This document shows positions 50,156-61,704 of a stretch of DNA of 64,000 nt, one piece after another. The position numbers were made by a program, and so were the translations under genes. The stretch lies in assembly GCF_963921235.1 (NCBI RefSeq), contig NC_086097.1:183646001-183710000 (forward strand), read 5' to 3'. The stretch is from Mobula hypostoma. Lineage: Eukaryota. Below the pieces are notes generated by a model. It worked only from the letters and a program-made list of their open reading frames with translations. It made no database searches and was not told the DNA's origin. Every line of letters starts with the position of its first letter. Positions within the stretch are counted from its first letter, which is position 1.

Positions 50156-50912
50156 GGCTTGAAACCTTCTTCAGATTCTTTTGAAAAGTCTCCTTACAAA
50201 AACTTATCTGGTACAGCTGTGGTGGGTTTACAGCTTTTATTTCAGATATACTCTCAGATGTGTATAAATTCACAAAAAGCATAATAAATAATATTCATTC
50301 TCATTGCTGGGATTGTTTAGTCTTGGAAAAGCTGTGCTCGTTGTAACATTATGTATTATTACTATTAAAAGACAACTGGGGCTAATGAGTTGAAGCAAAC
50401 TTAACAAAACAACATTGTGAATTGTGACCAGCAGTCAATTCTAAACTGTTTAACAGTCAGAGTTGTTTTAATATATTATCCTTGTAATTTAATCCTCAAT
50501 AGTCGAGTTTGATTTTAAACCACAAGGAATCTTTCAGACTCAATGGTTTATACTCTGCCGCTTATTAATTTCCATAGGCAGTTTGATCTCAACTTTATTT
50601 GCTTCCTTAACCTCCAATGAACAGCATAGAAATAAAAACCTAAAAGTAGTCATCTCCTCTCTAAGTTGTGGTGTGGTTACTTGCTGGTCTTGGATAATTT
50701 TAACAGAAGCCAAGTTTTAAAAAGAAAGCCAATTAAGCAGCTATTGTATAGCACCTGCCTTATACTGGGCCAAGATCTTGAAACTGTACTTTATAACACT
50801 TTGACTGTGTCTTCATCACATCGACTGCCTTAATTTCTCATGGATGGTTATGTTTAGGAAATAAATAATCCAAAAATGATAATCATCAGTTAATTATGGC
50901 TTTGCCTGTGTG

Positions 50913-52027
50913 TTGAGAAAGTAAGGAGGCATGGGATCCAAGGAGACATTGCTTCGTGGATCCAGAACTGGCTTGCCCACAGAAGGCAAAGAGTGGTTGT
51001 AGACGGGTCATATTCTGCATGGAGGTCGGTGACCAGTGGTGTGCCTCAGGGGATCTGTTCTGGGACCCTTACTCTTCATGATTTTTATAAATGACCTGGA
51101 TGAGGAAGTGGAGGGATGGGTTAGTAAGTTTGCTGATGACACAAAGGTTGGGTGTGTTGTGGATAGTGTGGAGGGCTGCCAGAGGTTACAGCGGGACATT
51201 GATAGGATGCAAAACTGGGCTGAGAAGTGGCAGATGGAGCTCAACCTTGATAGGTGTGAAGTGGTTCATTTTGGTAGGCCGAATATGATGGCAGAATATA
51301 GTATTAATGATAAGACTCTTGGTAGTGTGGAGGATCAGAGGGATCTTGGGGTCCGAGTCCATAGGACGCTCAAAGCAGCTGCATAGGTTGTGGTTAAGAA
51401 GGCATATGGTGTATTGGCCTTCATCAATTGTGGAACTGAATTTAGGAGCTGAGAGGTAATGTTGCAGCTTTATAGGACCCTGGTCAGACCCCACTTGGAG
51501 TACTGTGGTCAGTTCTGGTCACCTCACTACAGGAAGGATGTGGAAACCATAGAAAGGGTGCAGAGGAGATTTACAAGGATGTTGCCTGGATTGGGGAGGA
51601 TGTCTTATGAGAATAGGTTGAGTGAACTGGGCCTTTTCTCCTTGGAGTGTCGAAGGATGAGAGGTGACCTGATAGAGGTGTATATGATGATGAGAGGCAT
51701 TGAACGTGTGGATAGTCAGAGGATTTTTCCCAGGGCTGAAAAGGTTGCCACAAGAGGACACAGGTTTAAGGTGCAGGGGAGTAGGTACAGAGGAGATGTC
51801 AGGGGTAATTTTTTTTTTTTTTTACTTAGAGAGTGGTGAGTGCGTGGAATGGGCTGCTGGCAACGGTGGTGGAGGCGGATACGATAGGGTTTTTTAAGAG
51901 ACTTTTGGATAGGTACATGGAGCCTAGAAAAATAGAGGGCTATGGGTAAGCCTAGTAGTTTCTAGGTTCGGCACAACTTTGTGGGCCAAAGGGCCTGTAT
52001 TGTGCTGTAGGTTTTCTATGTTTCTAT
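50913..52027 (+). mobile_element. 5'-truncated CR1 LINE (same subfamily as 3245-8300)
   Basis: GSVLGPLLF, FADDTK, LVRPHLEYC, ATRGHRFKV; TTCTATGTTTCTAT tail. Confidence 0.92.
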
Positions 52028-53129
52028 TTTACCTGGCAAATTTCTGGAAGTGCAGAATAGAAGAGTATATCTTATTCTTGGATCTGATTAATCGTGTCAA
52101 CGAACTCTATCACCTTAACTATCAGATTGAATGACTGAAATGTAAAAGGGATTATAAATTAGAGGAAACAAATTTAACGTCAAAGTATTTTAAGAAAGGG
52201 AGGAGGGAAAGAATGGATTAAGAAAGAGAAAAGGGAGATAAAGTAAGAAAACTCTAAGGTACCTTTTTGATTTAAATCTTTATCATCAATTAAATTCTGA
52301 AGAAAGCAGACTCCACACTTCTGAAATTTTAATAATTGCTTCTCAATGCTATGGAAACAAATTATGCTAAAAAAAACAATAATTAGCACAAATCTTGTCA
52401 TTTGAAATGCTTAACTTATTATGATAAACTTTGTGTAAATTGCTTATGCTTGAATAGTAGACAAAGTTTTTGAAAAGTAAGCCAGACCCTGAGCTCCTTC
52501 TTGCAAAGACAGTGGTGGAGTGGCAGATACCTGCCAGCACCTTTATCTCTTGCATATTTAATATCTTCCCTTTTGTAAAGCTAGTGTGGGGTTTGAGCAT
52601 AAATAATGTGAACTGCAGCCACTGTGTTAATTTGATATCAATTTTTATCAGACCATAAGGCTGTAAAACACAGGAATAGAATTACGCCATTTGGCCCATC
52701 AAGTCTGCTCGACCGTTTAATAATGTGATCATCAACATCCACTGACTCTCTTTTGTCTATCTGTGAGCCATGCCTGTTATCTTTCTGAAGGAATTTAAAC
52801 AGATTTTTCAAGCAGTTGGATACTCCATGAATTCAGCTTCTTGATCATTCAACTAATTACACGACATTTGGCTTGGCTTTTGAATGTCTTCCCTAAATTC
52901 TGAACCTCTCTTTTCTCCTTCCTCTTAAACCCTGTCACTAACAAAGATCTGACCACCTTCGCTAAAGCTGTGGCTCAGTAAAATGTCTTGGAAAAGTATT
53001 GTTAACAGTGCTGTGTAAATTTGAGTTGTTGCATTGGAGATACCAATGATTGTAAAAAAAGAGATTGACGCAACAGACTGCAAATGCTGGAATCTGGGAC
53101 AAAGCCTAACTGATCAAGAACCTCAGATT

Positions 53130-53463
53130 ATATTAAATTAGATTAGATAAAATTAGATTATATTAGCTTTATCTACACATGTTCACTGAAACACTGAATC
53201 ATACAGAGAAGTGCATTGTTTTGCGTCAATAACCAACACAATGTGAGGATGTTCTGGGGGCAGCCACAAGTGTTGCATGCTTTTGACGCTAACATCAATC
53301 ACAATTCAGTCACTCTAACCTGCACATATTTGCCAAATGGGAGCAAACCAGAGCACCTGGAGGAAATCCACGCAATCATGGGGAGAAAGTACAGGCAGCA
53401 GCGACAATTGAACCTGGGTCAACGGCACCATAAAGTCTTGTGCTAACCAATACGTACCATACC
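53130..53463 (-). mobile_element. tRNA-head SINE (V-SINE/HE1-like core, LINE-derived tail)
   Basis: Minus strand has an A-box-like TGGTACGTATTGG and a B-box GGTTCAATT; core CCAGAGCACCTGGAGGAAATCCACGC; (ATTAG)n tail. Confidence 0.6.
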
Positions 53464-54108
53464 ATCCATCTCAGCAGGCCAGACAGCATCTGTGATGGGA
53501 AGTGGATCTTTCATGTCAAGGCCCTTCATCTGGTTAGAATATTTCTTGTTAAAAATTACATGGTGTGATTGATACTTGCCTATATCTTGTGTAGGCCTTG
53601 CTGCAAATAACTTATGTGATCTGCATTCATCAGCAATTGAAGGAGGGACAGTGAAGGGCCTGTTTCCATGTTCTAGCTTTCTATGTGTTTGTTTCTGGAT
53701 AAGAGACAATCAGCTGCTGTGTTATATCTGGAGTTTCAGAATGTCATTATCACAATACAAGCTTTTCTGATAATCATTATTTTTCTTTAGTTAATCAACT
53801 CGTTATAAGCCAAATCAAACAAAAAGTTTGTAGAAGGTTCTACGTAAGATAATTGCTCTGTCAAACTAAAGCGAATGGCCTTAGGTGTAAATATTAGCTC
53901 AGACTGAGAATTGGTTGAAAGTAGGACATATAGAGATACTGTGCCTATAAAAAGTATTCACCCTCGGAAGTTCTCATGTTATTTTGGTTTACAATATTGA
54001 ATCACAGTGGAGATGAATTCCTACAGCATTTTGTGTGTGTTACTTCAATCACAGCGGATTTAATTTGGCTTTTTTTGGACACCGATCAACAGAAGAAGAC
54101 TCTTGTGT

Positions 54109-54943
54109 TGTCACATGATCGGCAACAATGAATTATCAACTGAGGCAGGTTTCATAAAAACAAACAAACATTTATTAAACTCTGCCCAACAAACAGCGAA
54201 AAGTATTCAAGTGACTAACTTAACTGGAAGTTAACTGCTCTACGGCACCTCTGGGACAGTTCTTAAAGGGGTAAATGCGAAAACAGTTCTTAAAGTGGTA
54301 AATTCGAAAGTCCAAGTGATTCACACAGTCAATAAGGAGAGACTTCTCTGGAAACGAATTTCTTCGAAGATGTGATGTTACTGCTGATTCTCCAAAGGAT
54401 TCACGACGAAGGAACTAAAACGGCTTAAAGGAACTAACCTTTTGCTGGCGAGTTGACACTGCTCAAACTTTCCTGCTCTTGCAGGAGTTACCTCAGATAC
54501 AGGTCACCATTTCTGAAACGAATCCTCAGTAAGGTCGATCCTTTATAAAACCACCAAATGACTCCAACTTTATTCGATCTTTCAGGCTCCCATGCTTTAA
54601 TAGTCTTCACTCTCCAATACTACTGAAAAGGAAAAATTATAGATGCAATACACAAACCTGGCAGCAATTGACAAAACTGCCAGCACCAATCTTTGCACCT
54701 TAAAATAGACAGGAAGACTCTGTTTTAAAACGAAACTGCGTCATGACAAATACGCAGCATAACAGAGTAACTAACGAAGCAAACAACAACTCAACTGAAA
54801 CTAATTGTGTCACCAGGGTTTCCCTTTATATATCTGTTGAGAACAGGTCATCATGTGACCTCACACTGGTGGAAAAATTACATCATGTGACCTCCACAAG
54901 ACCATTACATCATGCTCACAAGATACCCACGGGGTATGTAACA
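54109..54943 (-). repeat. Solo LTR (835 bp) inserted in the left inverted repeat of the Tc1 element
   Basis: TG...CA termini and 4-bp TSD GTGT (54105-54108, 54944-54947). Minus-strand TATATAAA near 54830 and AATAAA near 54173. Tc1 IR sequence is continuous across it. Confidence 0.85.
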
Positions 54944-55212
54944 GTGTCAAAGTGAAAACAGAGCCCTACAACGTGATCTAAATTAATTACAAATATAAAA
55001 CACAAAATAATTGATTGCATAAGTATTCACCCCCTTTAACATGACACACCAAATCATCACTGGTGCAGCCAATTAGTTTTAGAAGTCACATAATTAGTTA
55101 AATGGAGATCAACTTTGTGCAGTCAGGGTGTTTCAATTGATTGCAGTAAAAATACACCTGTATCTGGAAGGTCCAACTGCTGGTGAGTCAGTATTCTGCC
55201 AAAAACTACAGC

Positions 55213-56350
55213 ATGAAGACAAAAGGACACTCTAAGCAACCTGACAAAAAGGTTATTAAAAAAGGTTATTATTAAGTTGTTGTTTAATGGTTATTAATAA
55301 CCATTAAAGGTTATTAAAAGGTTTTTAAAAGTCAGGAGATGGATACAAGAAAATTGCCAAGTCATGGAATATCCCCTGGAGTACAGTTAAATCAATCATC
55401 AACAAATGGAAAGAATATGACACAGCTGCAAGTCTGCCTAGAGTAGGTTGTCCTGAAAATTTGTGTGACCGTGCAAGAAGGGGACTAGTGAGGGAGACTA
55501 CCAAGAAACCTATGGCATCTATGAGGAGTTAGAAATTTCAGTGGCTGAGATGGGAGAGACTGCACATACAACAACTGTTGTCCGGGTGCTTTGCCAGTTG
55601 CAGCTTTATGAGAGAGTGGCAAAGAGAAAGCCACTGTTGAAAAAAAACTCTCATGAAATCTCGGCTAGAGTTTGCCAGGTGGTATGTGGGAGACTCTGAA
55701 GTCAGCTGGAAGAAGGTTCTATGGTCTGATGAAACCGAAATTGAGTTTTTTAGCCTTCAGACTACACAATCACGCTACAGCCTTATTAAATTAATGAATA
55801 CAAAATAAAGACCTGGTTGTTACTCACCAAAATTTGGCATAAGACAAACACCACATGTCATCAAAAACACACCATCCCTATTGTGAAGCATGGTGGTAGC
55901 TGCATCATGCTGTGGGGATGCTTCACTGGAGCATGCTCTGGAAGGCTTGTGAAAGTAGAGGGAAAAATGAATGCAGCAAAATACAGGGAAATCCTGGAGG
56001 AAAACCTAATGCAGTCTGCAAGAGAACTGTGACTTGGGAGATTTGTATTCCAGCAAGACAATAAACCCAAACATAAAGCCAAAGCTGCACAGGAATGGCA
56101 AAAAAACAACAAAGTTAATGTCCTGCAGTGACCAAGTCAGAGTCCAGACCTCAATCCAATTGAGAATTTGTGGCTGGACTTGAAAAGGGCTGTTCACTCA
56201 CAATTCCCATGCAATTTGACAGAGCTTGAGCAGTTTTGTAAAGAAGAATGAGGAAAAATTACAGTGTCCAGATGTGCAAAGCTGATAGAGACCTATCCAC
56301 ACAGACTCAAGGATGTAATTGCTGCCAGAGGTGTATCCACTAAATACTGA
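55213..56350 (+). pseudogene. Tc1 DD34E transposase, disrupted
   Basis: [69 protein letters not shown]-stop. Confidence 0.92.
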
Positions 56351-57224
56351 GTTGAAGGGGGTGAGTACTTACAGAAACAATTATTTTGTGTTTTATATTT
56401 GTAACTAATTTAGATCACTTTGTAAAGATGTGTTTTCATTTTGACACGAAAGAGTCTTTTTCTGTTGATCAGAGTCCAAAAAAGCCAAATTAAATCCACT
56501 GTGATTCAATGTTGTAAAACAATAAAACATGAAAACTTCCAGTGAGGGCAGTGGGGGGAGGCATGAATACTTTTTCTAGGCACTGTTAATAAGCCTTTCT
56601 CTGGTTTGTATTCAGTGACCAGGGACTGCTCAAGGATTAGTGGTTGGTCCCCTTCTATTCACAATATATATCAATGTTTTAGATATGGGAATTAAATACA
56701 ACAATTCCAAATTTCCACAAAGTGAGGGGGAAATGTGAGCAATGAGGTGGATACAAAGATGCTTCAGAACAATTGGAGGCTTCAGCAGGTGCGTGGTAGA
56801 TGCCGTTCAATGTGGGTAGATGTGAAGTTAGCCAATTTATCTCGCAAATAGAAGAATAGTTTTATTACCTGACTGGGATTTGAAAATGGTTGGGCAGTGA
56901 GAACTGATTGACCTTTTACACTAGTCACTGGAGGCAAGCATTCAGTTCATGCATATTGTGCGGAAGGCAAGTGATATGTTGGCCTTCAATACAAGGTGAT
57001 ATAAGTATGGGAGCAAAAATGGTTGGCTGAGGTGAGCCCCCAGTTTTGTTCTCTCTTTTCTGAGGAAGGTTATTCTGGCCTTGATGGTGCAACAGAGGTT
57101 TATTTGGCTGATTGCTGGGATGACACAGCTGCCATGTGAGGAGAGTTTAGATAGATAAAGTGTATATTTAGAGGAGCCTGAAGAATGAGAGGGGATTTCA
57201 TTGCAAACTATAAGTTAAAGTCAT

Positions 57225-57958
57225 TGTCATAAAACATTACAGCACAGAAATAGGCCCATCGGCCCATCTAGTCCATGCAAAATTATTATTCTGCCTCGAC
57301 CCATTGACCTGCTCCCAGATCATTGTCCCCCATACTCTTCCCATTTATATACCTATCTGAATTTCTCTTAATTGTTCAAATCAAACTTGAATCCATCACT
57401 TCTGCTGGCAGCTCATTCCACACTCTCATGACCCTCTGCATGATGAAGTTCCCCTCCCATATTCCCCTTAACCATTTCAACCTTTCACCTTTAACCCATA
57501 ACCTCTCTCCTGCCCAACCTCAGTGGAAAAGATCTGCTTGCATTTACCCTATCTATACCCCTCATAATTATGTATACCTCTGTCAAATCTTCGACACACT
57601 AGAGAATAAAATACTAACCTATTCAATATTTTTTGATACCTCAGGTCCTCAAGTCCGAGCAACAACCTTGTAAACTTTCTCTGTACTCTCTCAATCTTAT
57701 TATTACCTTTCCTGTAGGTAAGTACCTAGAAGTGCACATAATACTTCAAAATAGGCCTTATAAATGTCTTATAGAATGTTAACATAACATCACATCTCCT
57801 GTATTCAGGACTTTGATTTATGGAAACCAAAGTACCAAAAGCTTCCTTTATGATCCCATCTACCTGTGATGCCACTTTCAAGGAATTATGGATCAGTATT
57901 CCCTGAACCCTCGGTTCCACCACACTCCACTGTGCCCTACTGCTCATGGTGTAAGTTA
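57225..57958 (-). mobile_element. Older CR1 3' fragment
   Basis: Tail CATAAAACATTACAGCACAG; LKVASQVDG..FIRPILKYYVHF. Confidence 0.75.
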
Positions 57959-57962
57959 AATA

Positions 57963-58811
57963 TAGAAACATAGAAAACCTACAGCACAATACAGGCCCTT
58001 CGCCCCACAAAGTTGTGCCGAACATGTCCCTACTTTAGAAATTACTAGGGTTACCCATAGCCCTCTATTTTTCTAAGCTCCATGTATCTGAAAGTCTCTT
58101 AAAAGACCCTATTGTATCCTCTTCCACCACCGTTGCCGGCAACCCATTCCAAACACTCACAACTCTCTGCATAAAAAACTTACCGCTGACATCTCCTCTG
58201 TACCTACTCACAAGCATCTTAAACCTGTGCCCTCTTGTGGCAGCCATTTCAGCTCTGGGAAGAAGCCTCTGACTATCCACATGATCAATGCCTCTCATCA
58301 TCTTATACACCTCTATCAGGTCACCTCTCACCCTCCATCACTCCAGGAGAAAAGGCCCAGTTCACTCAACCTGTTTTCGTAAGACATACTCCCCAATCCA
58401 GGCAACATCCTTGTATATCTCCTCTGTACCCTTTCTATGGTTTCTACATCCTTCCTGTAGTGAGGCACTCAGTACTGAGCACAGTACTCCAAGTGGGGTC
58501 TGACCAGGGTCCTATATAGCAGCAACATTACCTCTCGGCTCCTAAATTCAATTCCATGACTGGTAAAGGCCAATAAACCGTATGCCTTCTTAACCACAGA
58601 GTCAACCTGTGCATCTGCTTTGAGCGTCCTATGGACTCGGACCCCAAGATCCCTCTGATCTTCCACACTGTCAAGAGTCTTATCATTAATATTATATTCT
58701 GCCATCGTATTTGACCTACCAAAATGAACCACTTCACACTTACCTGGGTTGAACTCCATCTGCCACTTCTCAGCCCAGTTTTGCATCTTATCAATGTCCC
58801 GCTGTAAACTC
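57963..58811 (-). mobile_element. Younger CR1 3' fragment, cut by the Gmr1-like LTR element
   Basis: Tail TAGAAACATAGAAAACC; LQRDIDKMQNWAEKWQMEFNP; breaks at 58811. Confidence 0.9.
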
Positions 58812-59693
58812 TGTGACAAGAATACACATAGATTAAGATGTTAGCTGTCCTGTGCTGGCACCAGTGGGATCAGCAGTTGGTCTGCCACCTGTCTTCAGGA
58901 GAGAGAGATAAGGAAAACAATGGAGCAGCATTTGGAGATGTTAATGAAGGGACGGGAGAGAGTAATGGAAGGAGAGCTGTCAAGATCGGCTCCCCCTTTG
59001 AACCCTGAACTGTTTGAAGTGATGGACAGGCGATACCCCAGCATGTGGATAAAAAGGGACAGGTTCACTAAGGCAAGACACACATGACACCCCGAGGTAA
59101 CGAGACCCTGGAAGCGGTGCGTCTCTCACAAGTTGGTGGGAAGTTTTGGGCGGCTGATCGCGGGACAAGCCATAGACGCACAGAGTGGAAAGGCACGATC
59201 GGTGGGAACCTGGTGTGTGTCCACCCTTGCCTGGGTGCCAGGTTCACCACAGAGAAATGATCGTATCTGGAAACGGAGGGGTCACGGTCAGTGACCTCAG
59301 ATGACATCACAAAGGACTCGCCCGAAAGCTGACTGCGAAGGTCTGTGTGGAAGCCGTTTGAATATTCATTCGTTTTGCTCTCTCTCTCCTTCCCCCCACT
59401 GTCCATCGCCACGGCAGCGATTACTGTGAACTGAACTGAACTAAATTGAACTGAACTTTGCGCCACTTTGAAACTGGTCATTTACCCCTAGACAACGATA
59501 GAGCTTGATTGATCAGAATTATCTTAATTCTGTGTACATGTGTGTTTATCATTGCTGAACTGTTGCATTTATTATCCTTTGAGTACTGTGTTGCTTGTTT
59601 CTTTAATAAAACTTTCTTAGTTCTAGTAATCCAGACTCCAACTGAGTGATCCATTTCTGCTGGTTTGGCAACCCAGTTACGGGGTACGTAACA
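58812..59693 (+). repeat. 5' LTR of Gmr1-like element (882 bp)
   Basis: TGTGACA...CGTAACA; TATA-like GATAAAAA near 59048; AATAAA at 59605; followed by a PBS. The partner LTR is outside the window. Confidence 0.8.
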
Positions 59694-59697
59694 TAAG

Positions 59698-59717
59698 TGG
59701 GGTTCTCGTCCGCGATT
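59698..59717 (+). promoter_or_regulatory. Primer binding site, tRNA-Pro-like
   Basis: TGGGGTTCTCGTCCGCGAT, 4 nt after the LTR end, resembles TGGGGGCTCGTCCGGGAT (complement of the tRNA-Pro 3' end). Confidence 0.7.
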
Positions 59718-59792
59718 TTGAACGCTAAATTTGGGACGGAGTAAATTGATTGGGTTAAAATTCCCAAAAGAAAGAAAAGACAAACAGCAGAA

Positions 59793-61704
59793 ATGGAGGC
59801 TGAGGAATTTATAAAGGCGCCGACCTTGGAGGCATTAGAGGATGCCAGGAAAACAGAATTGGTAGCTGTGGCCAAACGGTTGAATCTTGCTAAGGGGAAG
59901 TCGACAATGAGGAGAGAGGAGATACACAGAGCTATCGTAGAGCACTATGTATCTAAAGGTGTGTTTCCCCAAGGTGAGCTGGGGGTGGTGTCTATTGAAA
60001 AACCTGCTGGAGACGCGGTACAGGTGCAGCTTGAAAAACTGAGACTCGAGCACGAGTTCCGGGTACGGCAGTTAGAACACGAAGAGAAGCAGTTAGAAAG
60101 GCGGGAGAAAGAGTTAGAAAGGCAGGAGAGAGAGTTAGAAAGGCGGGAGAAAGAGAAATAGTTAGAAAGGCGGGAGAAAGAGTTAGAAAGGCAGGAGAGA
60201 GAGAGAGAGAGAGTGACAGTTGGAGCGAGAGGAGAAACAGAGGGAAAGGGAATTCGAGCTGGAGAAGTTAAGGATAAGGGCAGAGCAGGGGCCCGTGCCG
60301 AACCAAGGTGGAGGGTTCCGGGCGACCCAGGAGGTTAGGCTGGTTCCCCCATTTGACGATACCGACGTGGATCGGTACTTTCTCCATTTCGAAAAAGTTG
60401 CTACAAGTCAGGACTGGCCGAGGGATAAGTGGGCTGTTTTGCTTCAGAGTGTACTGAAAGAGAAAGCCCAACAAGCTTACTCAGCTTTGTCTGCGGAAGA
60501 TGCCCAGAGGTATGAGGTGGTGAAAGAGGCCATCCTCAGGATTTATGAGTTGGTCCCGGAGGCATACTGGCAGAGGTTCCAGAGTGCGAGGAAGCAGTGG
60601 GACCGCACGTATTTAGAGTTTGCGCGTGAGATGCAGACATATTGTGAGCATTGGTGCACCTCGAAGGGGGTAGAGGGGGATTATGACAGACTGCTACAGC
60701 TGATCCTGATTGAGCAGTTTAAAGGTTGTGTCCCTGAGGGTATGAGACCCTACCTAGATGAGAAAGAGGTAGCCACATTAGCCGCAACTGCTAAGTTAGC
60801 GGATGAGTATGCGTTGACACATAAAATGAAGTTTGCCCCGAGTAAAGGCTACCAGAAGGGTAGTCAGGACGGCAGGGAGAGTCCACCGGAAAAGTCAGAA
60901 AGTAAGCCGGGGACTAGTGAGAAGGATAAGGTAGACCGGGAGCAGTCTGGTAGGAAGTCTCCTGGGGTCGTCTGTTATAATTGCGGAAAAGTCGGACACT
61001 TTGCGTCCAGGTGCTTTGCCCCAAAGAAGGAGACGGGAAAAGGAAAAACAGCGATTTTGACTGGCTGTATCGAGCTGGTAAACGAACCGCTAGGACAGGA
61101 CAGGTCTGCCAAAGTTCAGGAAGGGCGTGAGAGGTTTATCTCGGCCGGATTGGTGTCAGTGAAGGAGAGGTTAAAACCAGTTCCAGTACGGGTCTGGAGC
61201 GACACGGGAGCGTGTCAGTCACTAATACTGAAGAGTGTATTAGAGTTTAGCTCAGAGATCCAGACTGGGGAGGTCAAGGTCAAAGGTATTGGGGAAGGGA
61301 CAGAGGCAGTCCCTTTGCACCAGATACACTTACAAAGCAACCTGGTCTCTGGACTAGTCACGATCGGGGTGAGGTCCGAATTACCGATGAAAGGCGTGGA
61401 AGTCTTGCTTGGTAATGACCTCGCCAGGGGAATCGTGTTCCCAGATGTAAGATTGACAAGTCAGCCTGCCAGCATTGAGGCCCCGCCCATGGACTCGCAG
61501 GTTTACCCTGTTTGCGCAATAACTCGACGGATGTCGAGGAAGGCTGCAAAGGCTGAGATACAGCTAGCTGAGACGTTTCTGCCAGCCTTGTACGAGGAGG
61601 GGGTAGAAAGTGAAAAGGAGGAGCGTGGTGGAACAAGAGGAGGTGAGGGGGCTGAGGCAGACTTAGCATTAGCCAGGAAGGACTTTATACAGGCACAAGA
61701 GTGA
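59793..61704 (+). pseudogene. Gmr1-like gag (coiled coil, SCAN-like capsid, zinc knuckle) plus protease
   Basis: VPPFDDTDVDRYFLHFEK, YEVVKEAILRIYELVPEAYWQRF, LILIEQF, CYNCGKVGHFASRC, SDTGA, LLGND. Stop at 60159, frameshift in a GA run at ~60195-60214, and TGA at 61702. Confidence 0.9.

Larger units (their letters stand above)
53939..56585 (+). mobile_element. Tc1-like DNA transposon, IR/DR type, with nested insertions
   Basis: TA|CTGTGCCTATAAAAAGTATTCA ... TGAATACTTTTTCTAGGCACTG. Long inverted repeats (~230 bp) with an inner AAGTATTCACCCC repeat (55021 and reverse at ~56357-56369). The right TA is not cleanly preserved. Confidence 0.92.
53870..57215 (+). mobile_element. Old CR1 RT fragment split by the Tc1 element
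   Basis: CR1-like sequence before 53938 continues after 56586 (GPLLFTIYIN) to a RMRGD-like end near 57200. Confidence 0.6.

Noticed and set aside
59427..59457. (TGAAC)n pentamer repeat
   Set aside because: Simple repeat inside the LTR, with no separate significance evident.
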